Shown piece after piece: positions 40,895 through 50,893 of a stretch of 64,000 nucleotides of DNA. The notes under the pieces were generated by a model. It was not told the DNA's origin. It saw only the letters and a program-made list of their open reading frames with translations, and did no database searches. The DNA lies in assembly GCA_965209155.1 (NCBI GenBank), contig OZ242383.1:3264001-3328000 (forward strand). Reading direction: 5' to 3'. Origin of the DNA: a bacterium (lineage in GTDB: Bacteria > SAR324 > NAC60-12). A program made the position numbers and the translations under genes. The first letter of the stretch is position 1. Each line of letters starts with the position of its first letter.

Positions 40895-41969
40895 CTCACT
40901 CATTAGAGGAATTTGCAAGATAAAAAACACTTTTCCGTCCACAAATCAGGGTAACCCATTTGCGTGTAGTCTTCAGCACTTGGCACTACAATTTTTTATA
41001 AACGCACCATTTATTTCAAGAGTTGGAGTCATTTCTTCAAAATGGATCAAAGGAACGCTCCAGTCACTCATCAGGATCTAGGAGTGGGCCGATCTTCAGG
41101 TTCCCGACTCCCCAGGCAATGGCCCCAGAAAAACGTATGTACCTTGTGGTGTCCAATGGTTGGTACAGGCTTTTGGCTCACGGTTCCGTCCGCGTCCATC
41201 CCCTTGATGGCTCACCGCAAGGGCGTTCGAAAATTGTATCGCATTCATCTGAAGGGTTGGAGACCGGTTTCCAATCAGGCCAATGGCTCGTTGTCCAACC
41301 CCCATGATGGTTCACGGTCTCCGTTATCAATCGATTTAAGCTTTCTTAAAGCATTTTATTTTCCAAACAAACGGCTGGCCTCAAAATCCACTTGATCTCT
41401 CATGACAAAATAGCTGGCTCGCGCCAGTTTACTGGCTAAGGCTTTGATGGCCACCACCGCCTTCGTTTTTGATATTTTTTTCTGGTAATATCGTCGTGCC
41501 AGCTCATCACCGTGCGCTCTTCTTTCGGATAAATATAACCTTCCGCCAGTATATTAAGCCGCAGAAGATGAGCCAACCAGAAAGCGTCATACTTATCATT
41601 GCTATGTTTCAGTCCAGTATATTGAGCATTTTTTAGCAGGATTGGCCAAATGAACCGGATATCCCTCTTCCATCAGTCCGTCGATTAACCAATACCAATT
41701 GAAAGTCGATTCTACTACCGTTCCTGTTAAATCCTTTTTATAGGGAGACAGAGCCAGTAAAACCGCTCTCAGATTATTCTCTAATTTAACTTCAACTAGT
41801 CGCTTATCAGACTCATCAATGATACAAAGATAATTATTGTTTGAATGTAAATCGATTCCTGCATATAATTTTCCCATGAGACATCTCCTGATTATGGTAA
41901 AAAAATAAATGACTGAAAAATATTACCATAATCCGGGACGATGTCTCACCTCCTGCTAGATGTTTATCA
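40895..41969 (-). mobile_element. Decayed IS110-family (IS1111-type) element inserted in a RAYT terminal repeat
   Basis: MGKLYAGIDLHSNN...VVEST...VHLANP (ATG 41877), frameshift and internal deletion, tail VAIKALASKLARASY; joining the flanks restores aatcggggTCAggcctgcgactttggg, cf. the uninterrupted copy at 18537. Confidence 0.78.
41050..41325 (-). ncRNA. Putative bridge RNA/seekRNA of the IS1111-type element
   Basis: Non-coding region downstream of the recombinase; stem ggagaccg/cggtctcc encloses GGGGGT and GGCCTGA, which match the two target flanks; ATGAGTGA matches the element end. Confidence 0.6.
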
Positions 41970-42436
41970 GGCCTGCGACTTTGGGAGTTTAAGTTCAAAT
42001 TTCCCGTTTGATCTTTTCGACACGGTTTTGAAGATCCGGAGACTTTCTCATTTTTTGTCTCAGCTGATAGATTCTGGCACTGATCGTCGAATCATCTCGA
42101 TTGAGCTAGTTTGCTCCCTCTCTGATCGTTGCTGACTTCCAGTCGCAAGCGATCATTCCAACCACAGTCCGCGCTTCACTGAGCTTGCGGGACTGTCCCG
42201 CGCTTTTTAATTGCTCCTCCTCAATCCGGTAAACCTGCGCAACCTGCTGGATAATCTTTTCTATAGGAGGAGGCGGGTGAGGCTTCATTTAATGCAACCA
42301 ATCCGGCTGCTTTCCCCCCAAATAAGCGGCATGGCTACTCCAGGAAAATTCCGACAATTCCTTGACGATTCCCGCTCGAATCGGATTGAGGTGGGTGTAA
42401 CGGATTAAGGCCAGCAAATAGCGCTCTTGGTCCACG
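41970..42436 (-). pseudogene. RAYT element remnant (C-terminal part and end)
   Basis: Matches 18551-18630 and 46895-47090; IEKIIQQVAQVY...RKLSEAR. Confidence 0.7.
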
Positions 42437-42489
42437 CTAGACTGTTCCCGGAGAAGCGCAGGGTCTCACTGTATCTGACCGATTTCCCC

Positions 42490-43054
42490 TCAAGGGAAGG
42501 AAGACGCTTTTGAGGAGTTGTACCAACACTACAGGGCATATATCGTCCACACTGCCCAATCGCTGATTGGCAAGTATCGGAGCCTCCACCAGGCCGATGA
42601 GGTGGTTCAGGAAATCTGGAAGGATTCATGGGAGAGCAAGCTGGAGAAATTCCAAGGCGAGGCCGATATAGCCTTCTTGGGTTGGCTGTACAGAGTCGTT
42701 CAGAATCATCTGCTGGACCAAATCAGACGTGCCAAACGGCAGCCGGAACTCGCTGCCCCGGAAGAGGTGGATGAGCTGCGCTCTATGCAGGCCTGGTGGC
42801 AGGCCCAGTCGGCGGAATTGCAGGAAGAGAAGATTGAGCGGGCAGGAGAGGCTATGAGACAACTGGAAGACGAGCATCCCCAGACCGCTCGGCTGCTGCG
42901 CCGCTGCTATTGGGACGGGCTGTCCCTGGAAGCCCTTGCCGCCGAGAAGTTGGCGCTTCCCATAGAGGAACTGAGCCAAACGGAAAAGAACCGGATCGCC
43001 CAACAGTTGCACCGCGCCAGAGAGCGATTTCAGGAGATTTTTGAGAAAATTTGA
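42490..43054 (+). pseudogene. ECF-type sigma factor, copy D, missing the first ~14 codons and its promoter
   Basis: Identity to copy B begins at tcaagggaaggaagacg. Confidence 0.8.
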
Positions 43055-43299
43055 TATTTTTAGTGATATTCTGGCTCTTGGTACGTTATATAAATAGAAG
43101 GGCCCGGTTTCCAAACGCTCATTTTCCTCAAAAAAGACCCATTCTGGTCAAAAAAATAGTCCGGATGAAGATGCTCGCGAAGAAGCTTTTCGCCCTCTGC
43201 AGAGAGTTCCCCGTGGCAGGCGCCGTGCCCGCCACGACAACCCGATTCGCCCCACAGCGGGTGAATCATTCTCAAAACCCTCAAATAAAAGAGGTAATT

Positions 43300-45105
43300 A
43301 TGAGTATTATAAAAAAACTTGTCGCCTCCTTCGTGGGGCTGAACCCGGCAGGCCCCAGGTCTGCCATGAAACTCCTCTCGGTGCTGCTGGCTTTCATTCT
43401 GGGCGCAACCCTCTGGTTCGCCCCGACAGTCGCTGCGGAGAAGAAGTATGTCACCGACCCCAGCACAGGTAAGGTCGTGACTGCTCCTGAGTACGGCGGG
43501 ACATTCACCTTCGCCCTAGCAGATGAGCCGGCGGGTCCTGATGCCGTGATCTCTGGTCCATGGTCACAAAGGTACTGCGGTGGCGTCAACGAGAAACTGG
43601 TCATGATGGACTGGGCAACGCCCAGGGACATAGAAGACTTCCAGTATCACAACGTTCCAACTAACACGAGAGGTCAACTGGCGGAAAGCTGGTCGCAGCC
43701 CGACCCACTGACGTATGTCATCAAAGTCCGACAGGGCGTTCACTGGCATGATAAACCACCGATGAACGGTCGGGAGCTAGATGCATACGACGTCGAATAC
43801 AACTATCACCGTCTGTTGGGTATGGGCAGCGGTTTCACCGAACGTAGCGAACATGCTGTAGGCTTTGCCGGTATGGAATTTGAATCGATAGAAGCCACCG
43901 ACAAGTGGACGGTGGTTTTTAAGCTGAAGCAGCTAAACCTCCAAGCGCTGGCTGCTATCCTCGACGAGAACGCTGCTTGGATATACCCCCCCGAGGTCAT
44001 CAAGGAATACGGGGACGTTACGGACTGGAGGAACCTGGTCGGCACCGGACCCATGATGCTGACCGAGTATGTCGAGGGCAGTTCTGTCACCTGGGACAAG
44101 AATCCTGACTACTGGGGCTACGACGAAAAATACCCGCAGAACCGCCTGCCGTATATTGACCAGTTAAGGGCCCTGTTTATGCCAGAAGTGGCAACACAAC
44201 TGGCGGCACTGCGCACAGGTAAGGTTGATATTGGATACACATTCAGGACTCTCGACCAGGTAGAGAGCCTGCAGCGGACTAACCCCGAACTCGTTATAGA
44301 TTCGTATTCTCGAGACTCGGTGAATGGTTTTGGTATGAACGTTCAGTTGCCGCCCTTTGACGACATCAGGGTGCGCAAGGCAATGCAGATGGCCATTGAC
44401 CTCGAGACAATTAACAACGCCTACTATAAGGGTTATGCAGATGTGACACCCCAGGGGCTGGTAAACCGTAATATGACAGAGGCTATCCCCAATTTTGAAG
44501 AGTGGCCCGAAGATGTCAAAAAGGTCTTTGACTACGACCCGGAAGGTGCCGAAGCGTTGCTTGATGAGGCCGGATACAAGCGCGGCGCGGACGGCGTTCG
44601 ATTCAAGGTCACCCATTACCACCGCGATGTCTATGATTTGAACTATGTAGAATTAGTCGCTTCATACTGGAATAAGATTGGCGTTGATGTCGAGATTCAG
44701 GTAGTGACAACAGCGGACTTTGTCGCTAGAAGAAGTGAGGATGATTTCGAAATGATCAGTGCGGAAGCGGCCGGGAGGTGGATCCTAATGGTAATCCTAC
44801 AGCGCTATCAGAAGGACGCACCATGGAACACCTCCAATGTCAACGACTCGTGGTATAACGCCAAGTTTGAAGACGCCGGAGCCGCTACCACCATCGAGGA
44901 GCAGAACAGGATTCTTGGAGAGATGCACCAGTATGCGATAGAGAAGTTCTGGGCGATATTTGGTCCTATGCCCCCAATTTTCTTGCCAGTCCAGCCGTGG
45001 GTCATAGGCTACAACAATGAATACTTCCTGGGAAGCGGTCAGTATAACACCGTCTACGCCCGCCTCTGGATTGATAGTGAGCTGAAGGAGGCAATGGGTC
45101 ATTAG
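43300..45105 (+). CDS. Family-5 ABC substrate-binding protein, paralog 5
   Basis: MSIIKK leader and SBP motifs; most similar to paralog 2. Confidence 0.88.
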   Translation: MSIIKKLVASFVGLNPAGPRSAMKLLSVLLAFILGATLWFAPTVAAEKKYVTDPSTGKVVTAPEYGGTFTFALADEPAGPDAVISGPWSQRYCGGVNEKLVMMDWATPRDIEDFQYHNVPTNTRGQLAESWSQPDPLTYVIKVRQGVHWHDKPPMNGRELDAYDVEYNYHRLLGMGSGFTERSEHAVGFAGMEFESIEATDKWTVVFKLKQLNLQALAAILDENAAWIYPPEVIKEYGDVTDWRNLVGTGPMMLTEYVEGSSVTWDKNPDYWGYDEKYPQNRLPYIDQLRALFMPEVATQLAALRTGKVDIGYTFRTLDQVESLQRTNPELVIDSYSRDSVNGFGMNVQLPPFDDIRVRKAMQMAIDLETINNAYYKGYADVTPQGLVNRNMTEAIPNFEEWPEDVKKVFDYDPEGAEALLDEAGYKRGADGVRFKVTHYHRDVYDLNYVELVASYWNKIGVDVEIQVVTTADFVARRSEDDFEMISAEAAGRWILMVILQRYQKDAPWNTSNVNDSWYNAKFEDAGAATTIEEQNRILGEMHQYAIEKFWAIFGPMPPIFLPVQPWVIGYNNEYFLGSGQYNTVYARLWIDSELKEAMGH

Positions 45106-45119
45106 GGGGGGTTCACTCC

Positions 45120-45515
45120 TTGTGGCTGGCCTCAGGGAAAAAGGGAGCTGGAGGGTCCTTGGCGCGGAGGCTCAAGTTTCCCAGCTCCCATACACCATGT
45201 CATTGCGAGGAGCGTCAGCGACGAAGCAATCTGGTTGAGGCAACGGGATTGTCTAAGTGGATTCCGCCTTTCGGCGGAATGACGGGGAGAATCAAGGGGG
45301 ACACCCCCTTGAACCCCCGTTTCAAAGGGGTTTCACCCCTCTGGACTCCCCAAAACGGTGAGAGGCCAGTTTCTTGGCAGGGGTCATTCGCACCTTAGAG
45401 AGTGCCGCGCCCTTCAGTGGAAGGGGCCGGAAAGACGTGGAAGGTGGATTCCGCCCCCGGATCCAGTGCGGGGCAGGCTTTTCGCGGGAATGACGGGGGA
45501 AATCGTAATGAGGTG
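45120..45515. repeat. REP-like palindrome cluster related to 29535-30240 but without the GIY-YIG gene
   Basis: Shared start (tgtggctg..cct.agggaa..agggagctgg), shared gtcattgcgagg..cgacgaagcaatct and ggattcc..ggaatgac units, shared end. Confidence 0.7.
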
Positions 45516-45521
45516 TGTGAC

Positions 45522-46484
45522 ATGAGAGCCTATATAATCAGGAGGTTATTGCTGATAATCCCCACCCTGTTTATATTGACCATCCTGGTCTTTCTCTCCG
45601 TCCGCTTCATCCCGGGCGATGTAATAGACGTAATAGTGGGTAGGATGGATTACGCGGGTGGCTTTGGGGAAATTGACCGTGAAGCTCTTGAGCGTCGGCT
45701 GGGATTAGACGTGCCTGTCTACGTGCAGTATGCACGCTGGATAGGAGGTATTTTCCTGCACGGCAGCCTTGGCGAATCACTGATGGGCCGTGGGGCGGTG
45801 GAGGAGAAGATAATAGATAGACTGCCGGTAACCATTGAGCTCGGCGTCATGGCAATCGTAATCGGAATCTTGATAGCGCTGCCCGTCGGCATCTACTCGG
45901 CGATTCGCCAGGATACGGCCGCCGACTACGTAGGGCGTAGCATCGCCATCATCGGCCTGGCAACCCCTAACTTCTGGCTGGGAATTATGGTCATGATTTT
46001 CCCCGCAATCTGGTGGGGCTGGGCGCCGCCGCTGGAACTTGTTTCTTTCACAGAGGACCCGCTAGGGAATCTCTGGGGGTTCTTTATTCCTAGCCTGATC
46101 CTGGGAACGGCTTCAGCGGCCGCCACCATGCGCATGATGCGTACCATGATGCTCGAGGTGCTCCGGCAGGACTATATCCGCACCGCCTGGTCCAAGGGGC
46201 TCCGGGAGCGGGTCGTGATTATCCGGCACACCATCAAAAATGCCCTCATCCCGGTTATCACCCTGATCGGCCTGCAGTTGCCGACCCTGGTCGGCGGCGC
46301 GGTGATCATGGAGAACATCTTCAACCTGCCAGGGATCGGGCGTCTCTTGGTAAATGCCCTCAATGACCGAGACTACCCGGTGGTTTCCGGAGTCAACCTG
46401 TTTTTCGCTACCGGGGTGGTGCTGCTCAATCTCCTCATCGACCTGATTTATCCCTATCTGGACCCGAGGGTGCGGTATGAATAG
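45522..46484 (+). CDS. OppB/DppB-like ABC permease
   Basis: MRAYIIRRLL start at 45522; paralog motifs. Confidence 0.9.
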   Translation: MRAYIIRRLLLIIPTLFILTILVFLSVRFIPGDVIDVIVGRMDYAGGFGEIDREALERRLGLDVPVYVQYARWIGGIFLHGSLGESLMGRGAVEEKIIDRLPVTIELGVMAIVIGILIALPVGIYSAIRQDTAADYVGRSIAIIGLATPNFWLGIMVMIFPAIWWGWAPPLELVSFTEDPLGNLWGFFIPSLILGTASAAATMRMMRTMMLEVLRQDYIRTAWSKGLRERVVIIRHTIKNALIPVITLIGLQLPTLVGGAVIMENIFNLPGIGRLLVNALNDRDYPVVSGVNLFFATGVVLLNLLIDLIYPYLDPRVRYE

Positions 46485-46485
46485 T

Positions 46486-46666
46486 CGCTGGCGTTCTGGC
46501 CGGGGCTGTGCCTGACGATTACCGTCTACTCCCTCAACATGTTCGGCGACGCAGTGAGAGACCTGCTGGATCCCCGGCTGCGCAGCGGAGAGGGCAGTTA
46601 CGGCACTGCGAAGATGAAACGTAAACGAGGCTTCCTCGCCAGACTGATCAATCCTTTCAATCAATA
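46486..46666 (+). pseudogene. 3' remnant of an OppC-like permease
   Basis: LAFWPGLCLTITVYSLNMFGDAVRDLLDPRLR...KRKRGFLARLINPF. Confidence 0.8.
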
Positions 46667-46721
46667 AGAAATTGATACCAAATGATTTATGAAATCTGAA
46701 TCTTCGTGTCCAGGATTTTAA

Positions 46722-46874
46722 TTATGACATGCGCATTTTATGGACTCTCCATCGTCTTTCTGCTGCAATGATTTGGAAATGATTGTCGCCCTGTTTGACC
46801 AGGATCGGTTGAAGCAATCCGGTGACTTGAATCGACTCGGCGATCTCCTTCAACTCGGTTATGTCAATATTCAT
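46722..46874 (-). pseudogene. ParB N-terminal domain fragment
   Basis: ELKEIAESIQVTGLLQPILVK...FQIIAAERRWR (50 aa, translated by hand). Confidence 0.6.
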
Positions 46875-46894
46875 TTTTCTTTCTCTTGCTTGTT

Positions 46895-47565
46895 GAATCA
46901 TCTCGATTGAGCTGGTTTGCTCCCTCTCTGATCGTTGTTGACTTCCAGTCGCAAGCGATCATTCCAACCACAGCCCGCGCTTCACTGAGCTTGCGGGATT
47001 GTCCCGCGCTTTTTAATTGCTCCTCCTCAAACCTGCGCAACCTGCTGGATAATCTTTTCTATAGGAGGAGGCGTGTGAGGCTTCATTTTGAGTTGCTCAA
47101 AAACAGAATTGACGAAATGATCTTCTCCGATGATTTCGGGATGAGTTGTCCCTTTTTTAAAGTTCACTTCCGAGGCGATTCCCCTTCCTTGATGAATATA
47201 AGTCGCATCGCGTCTCCTCGCCTCAGAACGATCTGAGGAAAAGAGAGACAATGCCAAGTCACAATGCAACCAATCCGGATGCTTTCCCCCTAAATAAGCG
47301 GCATGGCTACTCCAGGGAAATTCCGCCAATTCCTTGACGATTCCCGCTCGAATCGGATTGAGGTGGATGTAACGGATTAAGACCAGCAAATAGCGCTCTT
47401 GGTCCACAGGCTCGAAAAATATGGCTTGTCCACCATTACCACGGAGCAGGACATGATAAAGGGCGCCGGGGAAGTAAAGACGAGGTTTGCGGGACATTGA
47501 CAAAATCGGCTGAAAGGAGAAACTTAAGATCAAAAATCATAACTCCTATTTCCCAAACTCGCAGT
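46895..47565 (-). pseudogene. RAYT element copy with an internal deletion removing the HUH motif
   Basis: MSRKPRLYFPGALYHV...IFFE joined directly to VDQERYLL...YIHLNP. Confidence 0.75.
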
Positions 47566-47599
47566 CACCGTAAAGAACTGATTTATAGTGACTTTCAGT

Positions 47600-47757
47600 C
47601 ACCTTTCATCATTCCTCCGGCAAAGATCCGGACGTGCGCTACTAACGCATCCGGCTCCTGCCTCGAGTCAGACGCTCAAACGTTGATTTGGATACGGGTG
47701 GGTTATCCTGACAGAAGGAATGTGTAGTTTGACCAATTCTTTGATGTCTCATATATG
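47600..47757 (-). mobile_element. 3' remnant of a group II intron (end of the RT/maturase ORF plus domain V)
   Basis: Minus strand gagccggatgcgttagtagcgcacgtccggatct (47657-47624) preceded by ...IPSVRITHPYPNQRLSV*. Confidence 0.7.
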
Positions 47758-48360
47758 GTCTAAATCCTCCGTCTTCCAGACGGAAAGAGAGCTTCAGTCA
47801 AAATTAGAATTGCATTGAGATTTCCCATGAAATAGTTGTATCTCATTCCATGGGAACTTCATATTCAAAAGGGAGCCACAGCACCTATCATCATCGCTTT
47901 CACCTGTTGTGGATTACCAAATATCGTTACTAAATTATGAATCAGGAGATCAAGAAGAGGGGTCGCGATATTGTCGGCCAAGTGGCTGAAGAGATGCGAG
48001 TCCATATTGAAAGCGGGGTTGTTTCTTCTGATCAGGTTCATCTTTTTGTCTCAATTCCCCCTCATGTGAGTGTCAGTGATTTTGTACAAAAAGCCAAAGG
48101 GCGGAGTTCGCGAAAAATTCAAATGGAATTCCAACCTATTTTGAAAAATCGCTATTGGGGCCGACCTTTCTGGGCGCGAGGATTTTTTAGTGCGACCAGT
48201 GGTAATGTGACTGATGAAATGATTCATGAATATATCAACAATCACTCTGATGCCCATCAACCGGATCACATTGAGAATATCCGGCTCGAATGACAGCTTA
48301 AGCTGAATGTTGGGCTTATAGCCCTTTGCCTGAATCCCTCAGCTTCAGCTGAGGGTGGTT
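47758..48360 (+). mobile_element. tnpA: IS200/IS605-family element with a pseudogenised tnpA (47850-48293)
   Basis: GSHSTYHHRFHLLWITKYRY*, DQVH where an HUH motif is expected, KGRSSRK, FWARGFF; terminal hairpins ccgtcttccagacgg and ccctcagcttcagctgaggg. Confidence 0.8.
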
Positions 48361-48572
48361 TAATTTGCGTCCAAAACAAAGGATGCGAGGCATCATTGGA
48401 GTTATGGAAGGTGTATGAAATTATTCCGGATCCTGAATATGAAAAGCATGGCGATCTTAAAGTTATTGATGAAGAAGGGGAGGAATACCTTTATCCCATG
48501 AACAATTTTGCTCCAGTGATGATTAATGAAGCAACCGCTAAATTAATTATTCATCGCAAGATTCCCCCTTGA
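48358..48572 (+). pseudogene. 5'-truncated duplicate of the 20804-21046 cassette gene
   Basis: Near-identical DNA from tttaatttgcgtccaaaac through the attC. Confidence 0.85.
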
Positions 48573-48600
48573 TTTATATCAAAATGCAGGAGAACAAAAA

Positions 48601-48680
48601 TTTCCAACAAATCAATGCACCGGCGCTTAACCTGCGTTCGTTCCTCGCTCCGGCAAAGTCCGGTGATTTCTGCGTTGTGT
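48601..48680 (+). other. attC site (paralog of 21075-21154)
   Basis: TTTCCAAC...GTTGTGT; sequence diverges from the other copy immediately after GTT. Confidence 0.82.
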
Positions 48681-48711
48681 GAAATAATGCACCATCTTAC
48701 TCAAATTGCTA

Positions 48712-48739
48712 TTGACTTTATCTCAAATCGAGATATTGT
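48712..48739 (+). promoter_or_regulatory. Putative higBA promoter with a palindromic operator
   Basis: TTGACT-16-TATTGT overlapping TATCTC-N5-GAGATA. Confidence 0.55.
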
Positions 48740-48745
48740 TAATTT

Positions 48746-49033
48746 ATGCATGTAATCACGAAGAAGCGACTTGAAAAATTTGTAAACGTTCATTCTGATT
48801 GTCAAAGTGCTCTTGAAGGTTGGTATAGGATTGTCAAGAAAAACAACTTTCATTCCTTTGTTGAGTTGAGAGAGTATTTTCCTAGTGCAGACATGGTAGG
48901 AAGGTTTACGGTATTTAATATAGGAGGCAATAAAATACGCTTAATCGCTTCAATTCATTTCAACCGCAATAAAATATTAATTCGTCATGTTCTCACTCAT
49001 CAAGAATATGAAAAGGGTAAGTGGAAAGAATAA
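48746..49033 (+). CDS. higB: HigB family toxin
   Basis: MHVIT...FPSADMVG.FTVFNIGGNKIRLI...LTHQEYEK. Confidence 0.85.
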   Translation: MHVITKKRLEKFVNVHSDCQSALEGWYRIVKKNNFHSFVELREYFPSADMVGRFTVFNIGGNKIRLIASIHFNRNKILIRHVLTHQEYEKGKWKE

Positions 49034-49034
49034 G

Positions 49035-49439
49035 ATGATAGATTATAATTTTGAAGAGCTATCCCATCAATGGCAAACCATTGCTTCAATCTTAACCGTC
49101 CCAAGATCCGAAGAGGAATATGATCAGTTAGTGAATTTTTTAGATCGTGTGTTAGATGAAGTAGAAGACAATGAAAACCATCCCTTAGCCTCACTAGTAG
49201 ATACAATTGGGACCCTCATTGAAGCTTATGATAATGAACATTATCCATTTTCTGAAGGCAATCCTATCGAAGCACTAAAATATCTCATGGAAGAACATAA
49301 CTTAACCCAAAATGACCTTCCCGAAATAGGAACTCAAGGCGTTGTTTCAGAAATTCTTTCTGGAAAGCGAAGTCTTAATATCCGTCAGATTTATTCTCTA
49401 AGTGAGAGATTTAATCTATCTCCAGCAACATTCTTATAA
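49035..49439 (+). CDS. higA: HigA family antitoxin (HTH)
   Basis: SEEEYD...LIEAYD...LKYLMEEHNLTQNDL.EIG.QGVVSEILSGKRSLN. Confidence 0.85.
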   Translation: MIDYNFEELSHQWQTIASILTVPRSEEEYDQLVNFLDRVLDEVEDNENHPLASLVDTIGTLIEAYDNEHYPFSEGNPIEALKYLMEEHNLTQNDLPEIGTQGVVSEILSGKRSLNIRQIYSLSERFNLSPATFL

Positions 49440-49569
49440 TCACACAATAAGTTGATAGAGCAGACTTGTGACCCTGCGCTCTTTTCGAAATGTCGTGCTA
49501 ATTTGTAACTCCATCTCTTTTTCATAATGCAGAGTTGGGTCACAAGACTGTTCATCATGGACGTTCAGC
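49440..49569 (+). other. attC site closing the higBA cassette
   Basis: TCACACAAT mirrors the cassette-start GTTGTGTGA; arms cttgtgaccc / gggtcacaag; ends GTTCAGC. Confidence 0.72.
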
Positions 49570-49860
49570 TCTAGAGCAGGTATACACTTGCTTAGAGCGG
49601 GCTAAAAAACAAATTTTCGGACCCGTTTTTGATAATGATAACTTCGCCGGATGCTTTTTTTTCTTTCAGGAGCCCGTTGTTTTCGAATCAGGACCGGATT
49701 GGTTAAAAAGAATTGAGTTAACTCTTCGAGCGTGGTGTCGAGATCTTCTTGCTCAGCAAAGATTTCAAAGACTCGATTTTTGATCGCGTTAAAAGAGACG
49801 GCTTTATACACTTGCTGGGGATTTAGAAATCACTTGGACTCGTGATCCATTTAAAAATCC

Positions 49861-50124
49861 GGGGACAGTTACTAATTTTTATCTTTCTTTTTCTTCATGC
49901 GCATTGAGCAGAGAGAGATACTCTCTGCGATCCTCGTCACTTGAAAAGATTTTTATGGAGCGAACCCCTCCTTGGGTGACATGATGGGGGACCCCTGGAA
50001 GTAACACTCTCGCTAACCTGGCTAGCTTACCTCCCATTGCTGAAGTGAAAATTCAATGCTCGATAATTATTTACAACCATTATCAAATGAAGGAATCCAT
50101 AGCAATTAATTAGTAACTGTCCCC
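49861..50124 (-). mobile_element. Miniature RAYT-derived element with perfect 17-bp terminal inverted repeats
   Basis: ggggacagttactaatt / aattagtaactgtcccc; interior reads ARLARVLLPGVPHHVTQ. Confidence 0.7.
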
Positions 50125-50323
50125 CTGATTTCGCAAATCAGTTGCAAACGGTTTCCATGGCAAGGCCAGTTTTCCCCACCTTGCGTTTCCCTCTTGCTTT
50201 TTCTATATTGAGGCTGTTCTTGGGCGTTTTTGGCTGAAAATCAAAACCGAGTCGTAACTATTCAGGTATCTTCGGGCGAGTGTGGCTGTTTTCTTTGATA
50301 GAGGGTGTAGAAAGGAATAAACC

Positions 50324-50819
50324 GATGAACAAACATCCTGATATGGGTGACCCTGAAATTTCACCATTAGCTTACATAGCGGAATCTGCTGTTATTTCTG
50401 GTGATGTTCGTATTGCACCAGAAGCTTGTATATTTCACGGCGCCGTAATCACGGCAAACGATGGTGTGATAACCATTGGGTCAAACACTGTTGTTATGGA
50501 GAATGCTGTTATAAGAAGTTCACGGTTTCATCATTGTCACATTGGTAGCAATGTCATGATTGGCCCACACACTCATATTTGCGGATGCACTATTGAAGAT
50601 GAAGTGTTCGTTGCCACAGGCGTGTCAGTGTTCAATGGCGCACATATTAAAACATTAGCTGAGCTCAGGATTAATGCGGTGGTTCATATCGATAGTGTGG
50701 TCGAAGCTGAAAACACGGTACCTATTGGTTGGGTGGCGGTTGGCAACCCTGCGCAGTTTTTCTCCCCTGACAAGCATGACGAAATATGGGCAATACAAAA
50801 AAATCTGAATTTTCCGTAA
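50324..50819 (+). CDS. Gamma carbonic anhydrase / hexapeptide-repeat protein, probably 3'-truncated by the inner IS end
   Basis: Hexapeptide repeats (AYIAESAVISGDVRI...HCHIGSNVMIGPH); the stop TAA lies inside the IS end gTAAc. Confidence 0.7.
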
Positions 50820-50893
50820 CTATTTAGGATTCTTTAGATCCCCCATTGATTTAAGCACAGATTTTGCATGGCATAAAGTCCAGAAAGGACATT

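Noticed and set aside
49602..49811. 69-aa ORF resembling a transposase tail
   Set aside because: No catalytic motif or element ends could be identified
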